Assembly: GCA_035548055.1 (NCBI GenBank)
Contig: DASZTL010000002.1
Coordinates: 18,017-82,016, forward strand
Length of the DNA: 64,000 nt
Direction of reading: 5' to 3'
Source: Mycobacteriales bacterium
GTDB taxonomy: Bacteria; Actinomycetota; Actinomycetes; JAFAQI01
Position 1 is the stretch's first letter; the number at the start of each line of letters is the position of its first letter. A model generated the notes under the pieces. The model ran no database searches, was not told where the DNA came from, and saw only the letters and a program-made list of their open reading frames with translations. The position numbers and the translations under genes are program-made. Positions 1-9,402 of this stretch are shown one piece after another.

Positions 1-1389
1 CATCCGCGCAACCATGCCGAGGACACTCGCGTCGCCGGCGCCGGGATGTGCGATCCAGAAGCGCTCACCTGTCTGACCGCCGCGGCGCCGGCCGCGGTCG
101 CCCAGCTCGCGGCGAACGGGGTGCGGTTCGACAAGGCGCCGGACGGTCTTCCCGCGCTGACCCGAGAGGGCGGTCATGACCGCAATCGGGTGTTGCACTC
201 CGGCGGCGACGCCACTGGCGCCGAGGTGAGCCGAGCGCTCGCCGCCGCGGTCGACGGGTCGGCTCTCGACGTCCGCGAGCGCACCATCGTGCTCGACCTG
301 ATCGTGTCGCAGGGCACGAGGCCGCAGGTGACCGGTGTCGAGGTCTGCCGGGCGGGCGAGTACGGCACCGAGCGAATCTCGGCTCGAGCTGTGGTGCTCG
401 CGACCGGGGGCGTAGGGGGCGTCTACCGCGCCAGCACCAACCCGGCGGAGGTCACCGGCGACGGGCTCGCCCTCGCGCTTCGCGCGGGCGCGTCCCTCGT
501 CGACATCGAGTTCGTGCAGTTCCACCCCACCGGTCTGCGGGTGGACGGCATCGGGCAGGTGCCGCTCATCTCGGAGGCGCTCCGCGGCGAGGGCGCAATC
601 CTGCGAGACGTCGACGGCTCGCCCATCATGAACGGCCATCACCCGCTCGCCGACCTCGCTCCGCGCGACATCGTCGCTCGTCGCATCGACGAGGTCGGCT
701 GGGTCGGCCTCGACGCGACTGGCTTTGGCCGTGACCTGCTGCAACGTCGCTTCCCCACGGCGTACCGGATCTGCCGCGAGCACGGGATCGATCCCGCGAC
801 GGAGCTGATCCCGATCGCCCCCGTTCAGCACTTCATGTGCGGCGGCATCCGCACCGACAGTCACGGCGCAACAGATGTCATTGGTCTGTACGCCGTTGGT
901 GAGTGCGCCGCCACCGGTGTCCACGGCGCGAACCGGTTGGCATCCAACAGCCTGCTCGAAGGCCAGGTCTTCGGGACTCGAGCGGCGGACGCCCTCGCGG
1001 CATGCCTTCCCGAGCAGGCCGACGGCGGCTCGGTGAGCATTCGCCCGGAGATGGTCGCCGACGATGCGGTTGCGCTGATCCGGTCGACGATGAGCCGTCA
1101 CGCGGGCGTGCATCGGTCGGCACCGGGCCTCGCGGCTGCTGAAGCGGCATTGCGTGGACTGCCGCATCCGGCGGCTTCGGGGACACCGAGCTTGGATGCG
1201 ACTCACCGATGGGTAGTCGCGGCTGCGATCGTCGCCGCAGCAGCCGCCCGCCACGAAAGTCGCGGTTGCCACTGGCGGTCGGACTTTCCTGAGGCGAATG
1301 ACGCCTGGCGTCACCGCGTCGTGGTCCGGCTCGACGGGACGGGCATTCCGGTCGCCGACTCCGAGCCGGCCCTGAGCAGGTCGGCGTGA
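1..1389 (+). CDS. nadB: L-aspartate oxidase (5' end cut by window edge)
   Basis: Frame 1 is open from base 1 (track ORF 46..1389). Flavoprotein motifs FVQFHPTG and GANRLASNSLLEG, plus C-terminal RHESRGCHWRSDFP. The stop overlaps the nadC GTG start (GTGA at 1386-1389). Confidence 0.93.
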   Translation, partial: HPRNHAEDTRVAGAGMCDPEALTCLTAAAPAAVAQLAANGVRFDKAPDGLPALTREGGHDRNRVLHSGGDATGAEVSRALAAAVDGSALDVRERTIVLDLIVSQGTRPQVTGVEVCRAGEYGTERISARAVVLATGGVGGVYRASTNPAEVTGDGLALALRAGASLVDIEFVQFHPTGLRVDGIGQVPLISEALRGEGAILRDVDGSPIMNGHHPLADLAPRDIVARRIDEVGWVGLDATGFGRDLLQRRFPTAYRICREHGIDPATELIPIAPVQHFMCGGIRTDSHGATDVIGLYAVGECAATGVHGANRLASNSLLEGQVFGTRAADALAACLPEQADGGSVSIRPEMVADDAVALIRSTMSRHAGVHRSAPGLAAAEAALRGLPHPAASGTPSLDATHRWVVAAAIVAAAAARHESRGCHWRSDFPEANDAWRHRVVVRLDGTGIPVADSEPALSRSA

Positions 1390-2273
1390 TGCGTGCGGCG
1401 ACGAAGCAGGCTCTGCGGGCGGCCGGCCTCGATCCGGCGGATGTGCTGAAGGTCATCCGGCGGGGTATCGCGGAGGACCTCGGCACGGCCGGCGACATCA
1501 CGTCCACGGCGACGGTGGCCGCTGACGCCCGTCTCACCAGCCGTTACGTGTCACGGTCCCCCGGAGTGATTGCGGGCATGCCCGTGTTGGCGGCGGTCGT
1601 CGACCACCAGCTCGGCACCGATGCGACGCTGACCCCACTAGCGACGGACGGTGACCGGCTCACCACCGGCCAGACGATTGCGACTATCGAGGCGAGCGCA
1701 CGAGGTCTGCTCGCGATCGAGCGGCTCTCACTGAACCTGCTCGGACACCTGTCCGGCATCGCGACCGCGACCCGGGCCTGGGTTGACGCCGTGGCGGGCA
1801 CTCCCGCGCAGATTCGGGACACCCGCAAGACGACTCCAGGTCTTCGAGACTTGGAGAAGTACGCCGTGCGCTGCGGCGGCGGCGTGAACCACCGGCGCGG
1901 ACTGGACGGCGGCGTCCTCGTCAAGGACAACCACGTGTCGGCCGCGGGCGGGGTGGCCGCCGCTCTGGAGCGGGTGCGAGAGGCGCGACCCGCTGAGGAC
2001 GTTCCGGTGCAGATCGAAGTCGACGACATGACGGAGCTCTTCGAGGCGCTGGCCAACGGTGCCCCGGCGATCCTGCTCGACAACTTCAGCAACGACGAGC
2101 TGGCGGATGCGGTCGCCTTCGTGCGTCGCACCCGGCCGGACGTGGTGATCGAGGCGAGCGGTGGGCTCTCCCTCGAGCGAGCCGCATCGGTCGCAGCCAC
2201 CGGCGTTGACTACCTCGCCGTCGGTGGCATCACCCACTCGGCGCCGGTTCTCGACATCGGGCTCGACAGCTAG
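1386..2273 (+). CDS. nadC: Nicotinate-nucleotide (quinolinate) pyrophosphorylase
   Basis: 295-aa ORF coupled to nadB. QPRTase-like stretches (RDTRKTTPGLRDLEKYAVRCGGG.NHR, VKDNH, IEASGG). Position after nadB is the classical NAD operon order. Confidence 0.92.
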   Translation: MMRAATKQALRAAGLDPADVLKVIRRGIAEDLGTAGDITSTATVAADARLTSRYVSRSPGVIAGMPVLAAVVDHQLGTDATLTPLATDGDRLTTGQTIATIEASARGLLAIERLSLNLLGHLSGIATATRAWVDAVAGTPAQIRDTRKTTPGLRDLEKYAVRCGGGVNHRRGLDGGVLVKDNHVSAAGGVAAALERVREARPAEDVPVQIEVDDMTELFEALANGAPAILLDNFSNDELADAVAFVRRTRPDVVIEASGGLSLERAASVAATGVDYLAVGGITHSAPVLDIGLDS

Positions 2274-3142
2274 ATCGGCAGGTCCGCGGCCCACGAGGGT
2301 TGGGGGTCGCTGAAGATGTCCGGCAGGTGCGCACTGACCTTGTCGGGGAAGCTCGGCGACCGCTTCTGGAGGAACGACGTGATGCCTTCGATGGCGTCGC
2401 CGCTGCGGCCCGTGACGTGGATGCCGCGCGAGTCCGCGGCATGCGAGCGGTATGGCGTCGGGTACGTCAGCCCTCGCCACATCATCTGCCGGGCGAGTGC
2501 GACGCTGACCGACGACGTCGACTCGGTCATCTCCAGCGCGATCGATCGAGCGGCATCGACGACCTCGCTCGCGGGATGCACGCTGCGGATCAGCCGTCCG
2601 GCCAGTGCCTCCTCGGGCCCGAACACGCGTCCGGTGTAGAACCACTCAGCGGCTTGCGATGGCCCTACCAGCCTAGGCAGGAACCAGCTCGAAGCCGCTT
2701 CCGGAACGATGCCACGACGGGTGAAGACGAATCCAAACTTCGCGGTGTCGCCGGCGACCCGGACGTCCATTGGCAGTGTCATCGTGAGACCGACGCCGAC
2801 CGCCGGCCCGTTGATGGCGGCGATCACCGGCTTGGTGCTCTCGAATATCCGCAGGCTGACGCGACCGCCACCGTCGCGCGCCGCCTCGTCGACGGCTTGC
2901 CCACTGCGCTCGGCATCGAAGGTCTGGCCACCGCCGGACAGGTCGGCGCCGGCACAGAAGGCGCGGCCCGCACCCGTCACGATCACGGCGCGGACGTCGT
3001 CGTCGGCGTCGGCCGCGTCGAACGCCTGAAGCAGCTCCTTCGCCATGACGGCAGTGAAGGCGTTCAGCGCGTCCGGCCGTGACAAAGTGATGGTCAGGAT
3101 GCCGCCGGCGACGTCGTAACCGATCTCGGAGAAGTCCGTCAT
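2270..3142 (-). CDS. Enoyl-CoA hydratase/isomerase (crotonase) family protein
   Basis: Track ORF 2270..3451 trimmed to the internal ATG at 3142 (MTDFSEIGYDVAGGILTITLSRPDALNAF). Crotonase motif VIVTGAGRAFCAGADL. The 103 upstream codons are Arg/Gln-rich and run into the divergent gene. Confidence 0.88.
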   Translation of the reverse strand: MTDFSEIGYDVAGGILTITLSRPDALNAFTAVMAKELLQAFDAADADDDVRAVIVTGAGRAFCAGADLSGGGQTFDAERSGQAVDEAARDGGGRVSLRIFESTKPVIAAINGPAVGVGLTMTLPMDVRVAGDTAKFGFVFTRRGIVPEAASSWFLPRLVGPSQAAEWFYTGRVFGPEEALAGRLIRSVHPASEVVDAARSIALEMTESTSSVSVALARQMMWRGLTYPTPYRSHAADSRGIHVTGRSGDAIEGITSFLQKRSPSFPDKVSAHLPDIFSDPQPSWAADLPI

Positions 3143-3175
3143 CGGGCAAGCATCGCAGTAGCGTCTCGTCTCGAC

Positions 3176-4642
3176 ATGCGGGCGTTCTCGGATCCAGGCC
3201 TGTTGCGGCTTCGTACGGCGACGGTCACCATGGCGGCGACGCTGCTCTCGTTCGGGAGCGTGCTTGCGCTCAAGCACGCCGTTGGCCTGACGACGAGCAG
3301 CGTCCTGCTGGCGGTCGTTCTGTCGCTCTCGCTGAACCGACAGCACTCCGACCGGCGACCGCGAAATGTTCGTCTGTGGCTCGTCGCACCGGTGCTCTTG
3401 CCGTTCCTGGCCGTGGCCGCCGGCGAGGTCGGCAAGCGGATGTTCACCCATCCGGACCTCGGCGACACCTTGTTCGTCGTCGGGATGGCGGGAGCCATCT
3501 GGCTACGGCGCTTCGGCGAGATCGGACGCGTTGCCGGCCGCCTGGTGTCGGTCACCTTGACCGCGACGCTGATCACACCGGGACCCGTGGTGCCGCTCGG
3601 GCCCAGCGCGCCGAGCCGGTGGTGGGGGGCCGTCGTTGCCGTGATCGCCGTGGCATGGGTTCGTCTGACCTGGCTACTCGCGGAGCGATCCGGGATGCTG
3701 CCATCCACGTTGGTGGCGGCCGAGCCGCCGGCCGCGCCAGCACGAGCACGACAGGCTGGAGCGCCGTGGCACCGCCGGCTGCCGGCGAGCACGAAGATGG
3801 CGCTGCAGATGGCGGCCGGCTTGACGGGGGCCTTTGCCGCCGGCCGCGCGGCCTTCGGGATCCACTGGACCTGGACGGTGATCACCGCATTCATCGTCAG
3901 CAGCGGCAACCGTGGCCGCGGCGACGTCGCACAGAAGGCGGTGCTGCGGATCGGCGGTGCCCTCGGCGGCACGTTGATCGCGACGGCAGTGGCCAACGCG
4001 TTCCCGCCGCACGACAACTGGTCCGTCGTGACGATCTTCAGCGTGCTCGCGTTAGCGCTGTGGCTGCGCCCGATCAGCTACGCCTTCTGGGCGGGCGGGA
4101 TGACTGCGGCGCTGGCACTCCTCTACGGGTTCTACGGTGAGCGGGGCGCGCACCTCCTGTTCGATCGGCTCGAGGGGATCCTGCTAGGCGCCGTCATCGC
4201 CGTCGCGGCCGCATGGCTCGTGCTGCCGATCCGCAACATCGATGTGATTCGCCGGCAGCTCGCGATCGCGTTCGGTGAGATTGCCACGCGGGTGTCGGGG
4301 GACGGACCGGAGGCGTGGTTCCCGCCGGACTCCGTGGCAACGGTTCGCGCGGCAGCACACACCGCCGAGCTCACCGCGAGCTCGGTGCGCTGGCTCCGCG
4401 TTCTTCCGGCACGGTGCCGAGGGGGACTGCCCTACGCGGAGGCAACCCGAGCGGTGGCGGGCTGCGTCAGCAGCCTGGCTGCCTTGCCCGGCCACCGGCT
4501 GCCTCTCTCGGAGGAGGTCAGGCGCCAGCTCACGCGCGACGTGACGACGGCGCGCCGCGCGTTGACCGGCGACGCAACCGAAGAACAGGTAGCCGAGTTG
4601 CCCGCGGTGGTGCGGCGCATCGCAGCGGCGCTGGGTGGGTGA
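3176..4642 (+). CDS. FUSC/ArAE-like integral membrane protein (putative aromatic-acid exporter family)
   Basis: 488 aa with many hydrophobic helices. Core WTWTVITAFIVSSGNRGRGDVAQKAVLRIGGALGGTLIA resembles the FUSC family. Soluble C-terminal tail. Confidence 0.7.
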   Translation: MRAFSDPGLLRLRTATVTMAATLLSFGSVLALKHAVGLTTSSVLLAVVLSLSLNRQHSDRRPRNVRLWLVAPVLLPFLAVAAGEVGKRMFTHPDLGDTLFVVGMAGAIWLRRFGEIGRVAGRLVSVTLTATLITPGPVVPLGPSAPSRWWGAVVAVIAVAWVRLTWLLAERSGMLPSTLVAAEPPAAPARARQAGAPWHRRLPASTKMALQMAAGLTGAFAAGRAAFGIHWTWTVITAFIVSSGNRGRGDVAQKAVLRIGGALGGTLIATAVANAFPPHDNWSVVTIFSVLALALWLRPISYAFWAGGMTAALALLYGFYGERGAHLLFDRLEGILLGAVIAVAAAWLVLPIRNIDVIRRQLAIAFGEIATRVSGDGPEAWFPPDSVATVRAAAHTAELTASSVRWLRVLPARCRGGLPYAEATRAVAGCVSSLAALPGHRLPLSEEVRRQLTRDVTTARRALTGDATEEQVAELPAVVRRIAAALGG

Positions 4643-4643
4643 G

Positions 4644-5105
4644 CTAGGACCCGGCGCTCTCGACCGAGCTTCGTTCGATGAAGCTGATCTTGCCGTTGGC
4701 CTCGAGGATCGCCCAGCGCAGGTCCGAGAAGGACATGATCTGCGCCAGTCGCATCTCCTCCGCGAGGTCGTCGGGAGTGAGGCGATGGCGCCGTAGATTC
4801 GCCTCGACCAGCTTTCCGTCGTCGATCAGCACAACCGGCCGACCGTCGAGGACCGCGCGTATCCGACGGGATCGGTAGCCGAGGTAGGCGCTCGCCACCT
4901 GCAGCACTGCGAACGTCGAGACGACGATGATCGCCCCGCTCACCGAGTAGTCGTCCTGGGTCAGCCCCTGCTGGATCGCGTCGCCCATGACGATCAGCAG
5001 CACCAGGTCGATCGGCGTCAGCGACGACAGCTCGCGTCGGCCGACGGCTCGCATCACGAAGAGGACGAAGGAGTACAGGATGATCGCCCGGATCGCTAGG
5101 TCCAT
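4644..5105 (-). CDS. DUF421 (YetF-like) membrane protein
   Basis: 153 aa. N-terminal pattern ILYSFVLFVMRAVGRRELSSLTPIDLVLLIVMGD is typical of DUF421. Confidence 0.75.
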   Translation of the reverse strand: MDLAIRAIILYSFVLFVMRAVGRRELSSLTPIDLVLLIVMGDAIQQGLTQDDYSVSGAIIVVSTFAVLQVASAYLGYRSRRIRAVLDGRPVVLIDDGKLVEANLRRHRLTPDDLAEEMRLAQIMSFSDLRWAILEANGKISFIERSSVESAGS

Positions 5106-5118
5106 CAGGCCTCCGTCC

Positions 5119-5646
5119 TCACGGCACGACCGTCATCGTGCGGTTCAAGGTGACGACCGGCTGTGTGTCGCTCAGCAGGGTGATCGCCTGGTGCCGGCGA
5201 CTCAGGCTGGTTGGATTCACCTGGTACTCGACGTACTGGACCCACGTCTGACCCGGCTGCAGTGCCCCGATGTCGAATCTGAGCGAGCCGTCCGGACCGC
5301 TCGTCTCGGCCGACGGGCTGGGCTCGAGTGTGTTGATGGTGAGGCCGTCCACCCAGCCGGAGCTCAGCTCGAGCTGCGCATCGGGGAGCACCGACCGCGC
5401 GGTGATGGAGATCTTGGCTTGGAAGATCAAGCCGGGTCGCACGGCGGTCGGGGCGCGAACCTCGATGACGGCGCGGGATGACGCCGCGTGGGCGGTCGCC
5501 GCCCGCTGTCCGACGACGTTGGCGAGTGCGACGACTACCACCGCCGTGAGCAGGCACATTGCCAGGCGGCGCAGCCACACGCCGACACGGTCGTATCGCT
5601 CGTCGACGGGCCGCGTGGAGTCGATTGGCTGAACGGCGTCGATCAT
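5119..5646 (-). CDS. Hypothetical membrane-anchored protein
   Basis: 175 aa with one N-terminal TM helix (LLTAVVVVALANVV) followed by a beta-rich soluble part. Lies 13 nt upstream of the DUF421 gene on the same strand. Codon usage looks coding. Confidence 0.6.
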   Translation of the reverse strand: MIDAVQPIDSTRPVDERYDRVGVWLRRLAMCLLTAVVVVALANVVGQRAATAHAASSRAVIEVRAPTAVRPGLIFQAKISITARSVLPDAQLELSSGWVDGLTINTLEPSPSAETSGPDGSLRFDIGALQPGQTWVQYVEYQVNPTSLSRRHQAITLLSDTQPVVTLNRTMTVVP

Positions 5647-5712
5647 GACGCACGATCGATTCCCCCGGCCCGGGTCGGCAAACGATCTGTGCCGTCCTGG
5701 GACTGCGTCCGA

Positions 5713-7428
5713 CTAGCCGCCGGCGAGCTGGAAGGCCTGGACCCCGGACAGCGGCGACAGCGGCGACTGCCCGAGCGCGCGCTGCACGGTCGGCGGCACA
5801 GCGAGTCCGAGGGCCTTGTACTCGAGGTCGGTCTCGTTCGTTCCGGTGCCGAGGTAGATCGACGAGCCGTGGACGACTGCCGTCGACGACGGCGGCCCGA
5901 GGACCGGACCGATCCAGAGCGGCAGGCCCGTCTTGAGGTCGAGGGCAACGACCGAACTCGCGACCGTCAGCGGCATCAGGGCGATGTCGTTGACCACGGA
6001 CGCCGACGCATAGGTAGGAGCAACCAGCCGGTCGCTCCACAGCACCTTGCCCGTGTTCGCATCGAAAGCGTGAATGTCCTCGAGTGCTCCCGGCAGGTTC
6101 CCGCCGCTCTTGAAGGGGATCGGGATGGCGGTCCCACCGACGATCTGTCTCGCGGTCCCGCTGTCGTCGGAGGCAACCGCGAGCGAGCCGATGAAGCCAC
6201 CTACCGCGAACCCCTGAGCCAGGTTGCCGGGCGAGCCGTCCTCGGCCTGCCACAACGCTTTGCCGGTGCGCGCGACCCGGGCGTAGTAGATCGAGCCTTT
6301 CGACCCGTCGCCTGCGACGGTCTGCCCGTGCGCGTTGTGGAAGATGTTCACCGACGAGCCGAAATCGTCGTCGAGGTAGGCCTCGCCGGGCCCGGAGTTC
6401 GACGAGCCGCGATCCTCGGCAGGCGCATACCGCCAGAGGAACTTGCCAGTTACGGCGTCGACGGCCATCAGCGACTCCGACCAGTTCTGGTGGTGAGCCT
6501 TCGCGCGGGCGGGGTTGTCGCAGTTGCCGACGCCGTAGATCATCACCCGTGTCGCGGTATCGACCGCCGGTGAGGACCAGACGTCACCGCAGCCCTCACC
6601 GTGTCCGGACCCGGCCGTGAGGCTGTGTGGGCCGTAGTAGGTGCGGTTGGTCTCAGCGTCGCTCTTCCAGAGCGGCTTGAGCGTCCAGTGACCTCCGGGC
6701 CTGGACAGCAGGCGCAGCGCGGCCACGCCGGTGCGGCCGACTCCGGCGTCGTTGTGGACGTCGAGCCCGATGTAGATCCGCTGCTGCCGGCGGCCGTGCA
6801 CCTTCACGTCGGCGACCGCCGGCGAGGATTCGATCTCGACGGTCGGGGGCTGTGGCGAATGGCGCTGCTGCTTGCGGAGCTTCGGCTTGCGCGGGTCCAG
6901 GTCGATCGAGGCGAGCAGCTTGCCCGTCTTCGCGGCCAGCGCCCACAGGCTCGACCCGCCGCCGAAGATCACGACCTCTTCAGTCTTCTTCGTGCCGGCG
7001 ACCGGAAACGGCTCGACCGCTGCGCTCGACACGATCTGACCGAACGCGACCGGGTTCGTCACGTTGATGTCGAAGGTCCACTGTGGCTTGCCGGTCGAGG
7101 CATTGAGCGAGTAGAACGTCCCGTCCCAGGCTCCGACGTACACGCTGTTGCCGACCACCGCCGGGGTGGCCGTCACGGAGTCGTTCGTGTGGAAGAACCA
7201 CTTCGGGAGCATCGTCGCGACGTTCGTCGAGGCGATCGGCGAGCATCCTCGCGGGACCGCGAAGGTGTGGTGCGTGTTGTATCCGTACTGACGCCAGTCG
7301 GCGCTCGTGCAGGCGGGGGACGCGTGGAACGTGCGGCGTGACGGCGCAGGAGCGGACCCTGCGGCAGCAGCGGAGCCGGCTGCCGTTACGGCGAACACCG
7401 CCGCCCATACCAAGGACCTGCGCTTCAT
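5713..7428 (-). CDS. Secreted PQQ-like/BamB-like beta-propeller repeat protein
   Basis: 571 aa. Signal peptide MKRRSLVWAAVFAVTAAGSAAAAGSA. Repeated 'G.VY.G..DG.....A.TGK.LW' blades. GGGAGGG Shine-Dalgarno sequence upstream of the ATG. Confidence 0.8.
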   Translation of the reverse strand: MKRRSLVWAAVFAVTAAGSAAAAGSAPAPSRRTFHASPACTSADWRQYGYNTHHTFAVPRGCSPIASTNVATMLPKWFFHTNDSVTATPAVVGNSVYVGAWDGTFYSLNASTGKPQWTFDINVTNPVAFGQIVSSAAVEPFPVAGTKKTEEVVIFGGGSSLWALAAKTGKLLASIDLDPRKPKLRKQQRHSPQPPTVEIESSPAVADVKVHGRRQQRIYIGLDVHNDAGVGRTGVAALRLLSRPGGHWTLKPLWKSDAETNRTYYGPHSLTAGSGHGEGCGDVWSSPAVDTATRVMIYGVGNCDNPARAKAHHQNWSESLMAVDAVTGKFLWRYAPAEDRGSSNSGPGEAYLDDDFGSSVNIFHNAHGQTVAGDGSKGSIYYARVARTGKALWQAEDGSPGNLAQGFAVGGFIGSLAVASDDSGTARQIVGGTAIPIPFKSGGNLPGALEDIHAFDANTGKVLWSDRLVAPTYASASVVNDIALMPLTVASSVVALDLKTGLPLWIGPVLGPPSSTAVVHGSSIYLGTGTNETDLEYKALGLAVPPTVQRALGQSPLSPLSGVQAFQLAGG

Positions 7429-7521
7429 CCCGCCTGTTCCCTCCCGTCGCCGAACACTTCGACGCTCGGGTCGGGCTTACCTACCCCACGCGCGGCATTA
7501 GGTCCGGGATACTGGGAGTCG

Positions 7522-8610
7522 GTGATCAAGTACCTCGGCTCGAAGCGCAACCTGGTCCCGGTGCTCGGCGCCATGGCCCGCGCGGTCGATGCCCGAACGG
7601 CGGTGGACCTGTTCGCCGGGACCACGCGGGTGGCCCAGGAGCTCAAACGCAGCGGCGTGGCAGTCACTGCGGTGGACGTCGCGACCTACACGGAAGTGCT
7701 CGCTCGGTGCTTCGTTGCGACAGACGCTGACCGCGTCGACCAGGAGGCGCTCCGTTGCGCACTCGAGGACCTCGCCCTGGTGCGAGGAGAGCGGGGCTAC
7801 TTCACCCGCACGTTCTGTGAGGACGCCCGCTTCTTCCAGCCCAAGAACGGGATGCGGGTCGACGCGATCCGGACCGCGATCCAACAGCGGTATCTCGACT
7901 CGCCGCTGTACCCGATCTTGCTCACCTCGTTACTGCTCGCCGCAGACCGGGTGGACTCGACGACCGGAGTGCAGATGGCCTATCTCAAAGAGTGGGCGCC
8001 GCGATCGCATCGCGACTTGGAGCTGCGTGCGCCGCAGCTGTTGTCAGGTCCCGGCAGGGCGATCCGGGGCGACGCACTCGAGGTGGCGAAGACGCTGCCG
8101 CGAGTGGATCTCGCCTACATCGATCCGCCTTACAACCAACATCGGTACTTCACGAACTACCACATCTGGGAGACGCTCGTCCGCTGGGACGAACCCGAGC
8201 ACTACGGAGTGGCCTGCAAGCGCATCGACAGTCGTGACGCCGAGACGAAGAGCGTGTTCAACCGGCGCCGCGACATGCCAGCGGCGCTACGCGAGGTGCT
8301 GACCGCCGTCGCGGCAGACGTCGTGATCGTGTCCTACAACGACGAGGCGTGGGTCACGCCCACGGACATAGCAGAGTGGTTGCGGGACGCCGGCCACGCC
8401 GACGTACGGATGCTGGGCTTCGACAGCAAACGTTACGTGGGTGCGCAGATCGGTATCCATGACCCGCGTGGGCGCAAGGTTGGCACCGTTTCACACCTGC
8501 GCAACACGGAGTACGTCGTCGTCGCGGGAGCCAGGGAGAGCGTCGAGGCAGCGGTTGCGACCGCATCGAATCAGCCAACCCTCACGGCGACCTCGGTGCT
8601 GCCGTCGTGA
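7522..8610 (+). CDS. Site-specific DNA amino-methyltransferase (D12/Dam-like alpha class, DPPY motif), apparently orphan
   Basis: N-terminal AdoMet motif IKYLGSKR. Catalytic AYIDPPYNQH about 200 aa downstream (motif I, then TRD, then motif IV). GTG start preceded by GGGAG. Confidence 0.85.
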   Translation: MIKYLGSKRNLVPVLGAMARAVDARTAVDLFAGTTRVAQELKRSGVAVTAVDVATYTEVLARCFVATDADRVDQEALRCALEDLALVRGERGYFTRTFCEDARFFQPKNGMRVDAIRTAIQQRYLDSPLYPILLTSLLLAADRVDSTTGVQMAYLKEWAPRSHRDLELRAPQLLSGPGRAIRGDALEVAKTLPRVDLAYIDPPYNQHRYFTNYHIWETLVRWDEPEHYGVACKRIDSRDAETKSVFNRRRDMPAALREVLTAVAADVVIVSYNDEAWVTPTDIAEWLRDAGHADVRMLGFDSKRYVGAQIGIHDPRGRKVGTVSHLRNTEYVVVAGARESVEAAVATASNQPTLTATSVLPS

Positions 8611-8655
8611 GTGAGGCGGTCGAGCACCTGACCCGCTGGACGACCGGATGCCGAC

Positions 8656-9279
8656 TCAGGCGTGCTTGCGTGCCGGAGGGACCACCGCTGCGGCCCGAAA
8701 CGCACCGAGCAGTGTGACGATCAGGTCGGCGACCTCGGTGCGGGTGTCAGGGCTGTCCGGGTTCGCGGCGATGTAGAAGCACGCTTCGGACAAGGCCCCG
8801 ATCAACATGACCGCGAGGGGACGAAGCGGCTGGCGGGTGACCACGCCCGAGTGCATCGCCTTGCGCAGCGCACCACGCAGGGCGACGGTGCTGAACCGCG
8901 TCTCGATCTCGCGCGCGACCTCCCACCCGAGCACCCCGCGCGCATCAACCAGAAGGATCTGCCGGACGGCGGGATCAGCGTGGGCGTCGACCCACAGGCG
9001 ACAGCCGGCGATGAGTGCCGCCCAGGAGTCAGGCTGGTTGAACTCGGCGACCGCGGCGTCGGAGACTTCCAGCTGGACCTGCTCGAACACCGCCTTGAAC
9101 AGCGACAGCTTGTCGGAGAAGTGGTGGTACAGCGCACCCTTCGTCACGCCGGCTCGCTCCACGATCTCCTCGGTCGAGGTGGCGGCGTACCCCTGTTGGC
9201 CGAACAGGTCGCGCGCGGCGGCGAGCAGGGCGTCGCGGGTCTCGGCGGCCTGCGCCGCCCGCTTGTCGGCTTTCAGCAT
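8656..9279 (-). CDS. TetR family transcriptional regulator
   Basis: Track ORF 8656..9756 trimmed to the ATG at 9279 (MLKADKRAAQAAETRDALLAAARDLFGQQGYAATSTEEIVERAGVTKGALYHHF = TetR HTH). Divergent from the DUF4242 gene across a palindrome-rich spacer. Confidence 0.9.
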   Translation of the reverse strand: MLKADKRAAQAAETRDALLAAARDLFGQQGYAATSTEEIVERAGVTKGALYHHFSDKLSLFKAVFEQVQLEVSDAAVAEFNQPDSWAALIAGCRLWVDAHADPAVRQILLVDARGVLGWEVAREIETRFSTVALRGALRKAMHSGVVTRQPLRPLAVMLIGALSEACFYIAANPDSPDTRTEVADLIVTLLGAFRAAAVVPPARKHA

Positions 9280-9310
9280 CGCCACCAAGAAACCTCGAAG
9301 ACTCGCTTGA

Positions 9311-9375
9311 CACACATACCGTCGGTATGTGTGACTACATACCGACAGAATGTGATTGACGTACCAACGGTACGT
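9311..9375. promoter_or_regulatory. Three tandem operator-like palindromes (ACnTACC-N3-GGTAnGT) between the TetR and DUF4242 genes
   Basis: - Site 1 (9311-9333): perfect, with 11-bp arms, CACACATACCG-T-CGGTATGTGTG.
- Site 2 (9337-9353): ACATACC-GAC-AGAATGT, with 5 of 7 positions matched in the right arm.
- Site 3 (9359-9375): perfect, ACGTACC-AAC-GGTACGT.
Centres are 23 and 22 bp apart. Confidence 0.6.
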
Positions 9376-9402
9376 TAACACAACGGTCCACAAGGAGGGG
9401 TA

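Noticed and set aside
7429-9279. Search for a restriction endonuclease or specificity partner around the DNA methyltransferase
   Set aside because: All sizeable ORFs on either side are accounted for (beta-propeller, TetR) or are off-frame artefacts within the methyltransferase gene (for example 7589..8302). I found no nuclease-like motifs, so I report an orphan methyltransferase rather than an R-M system.
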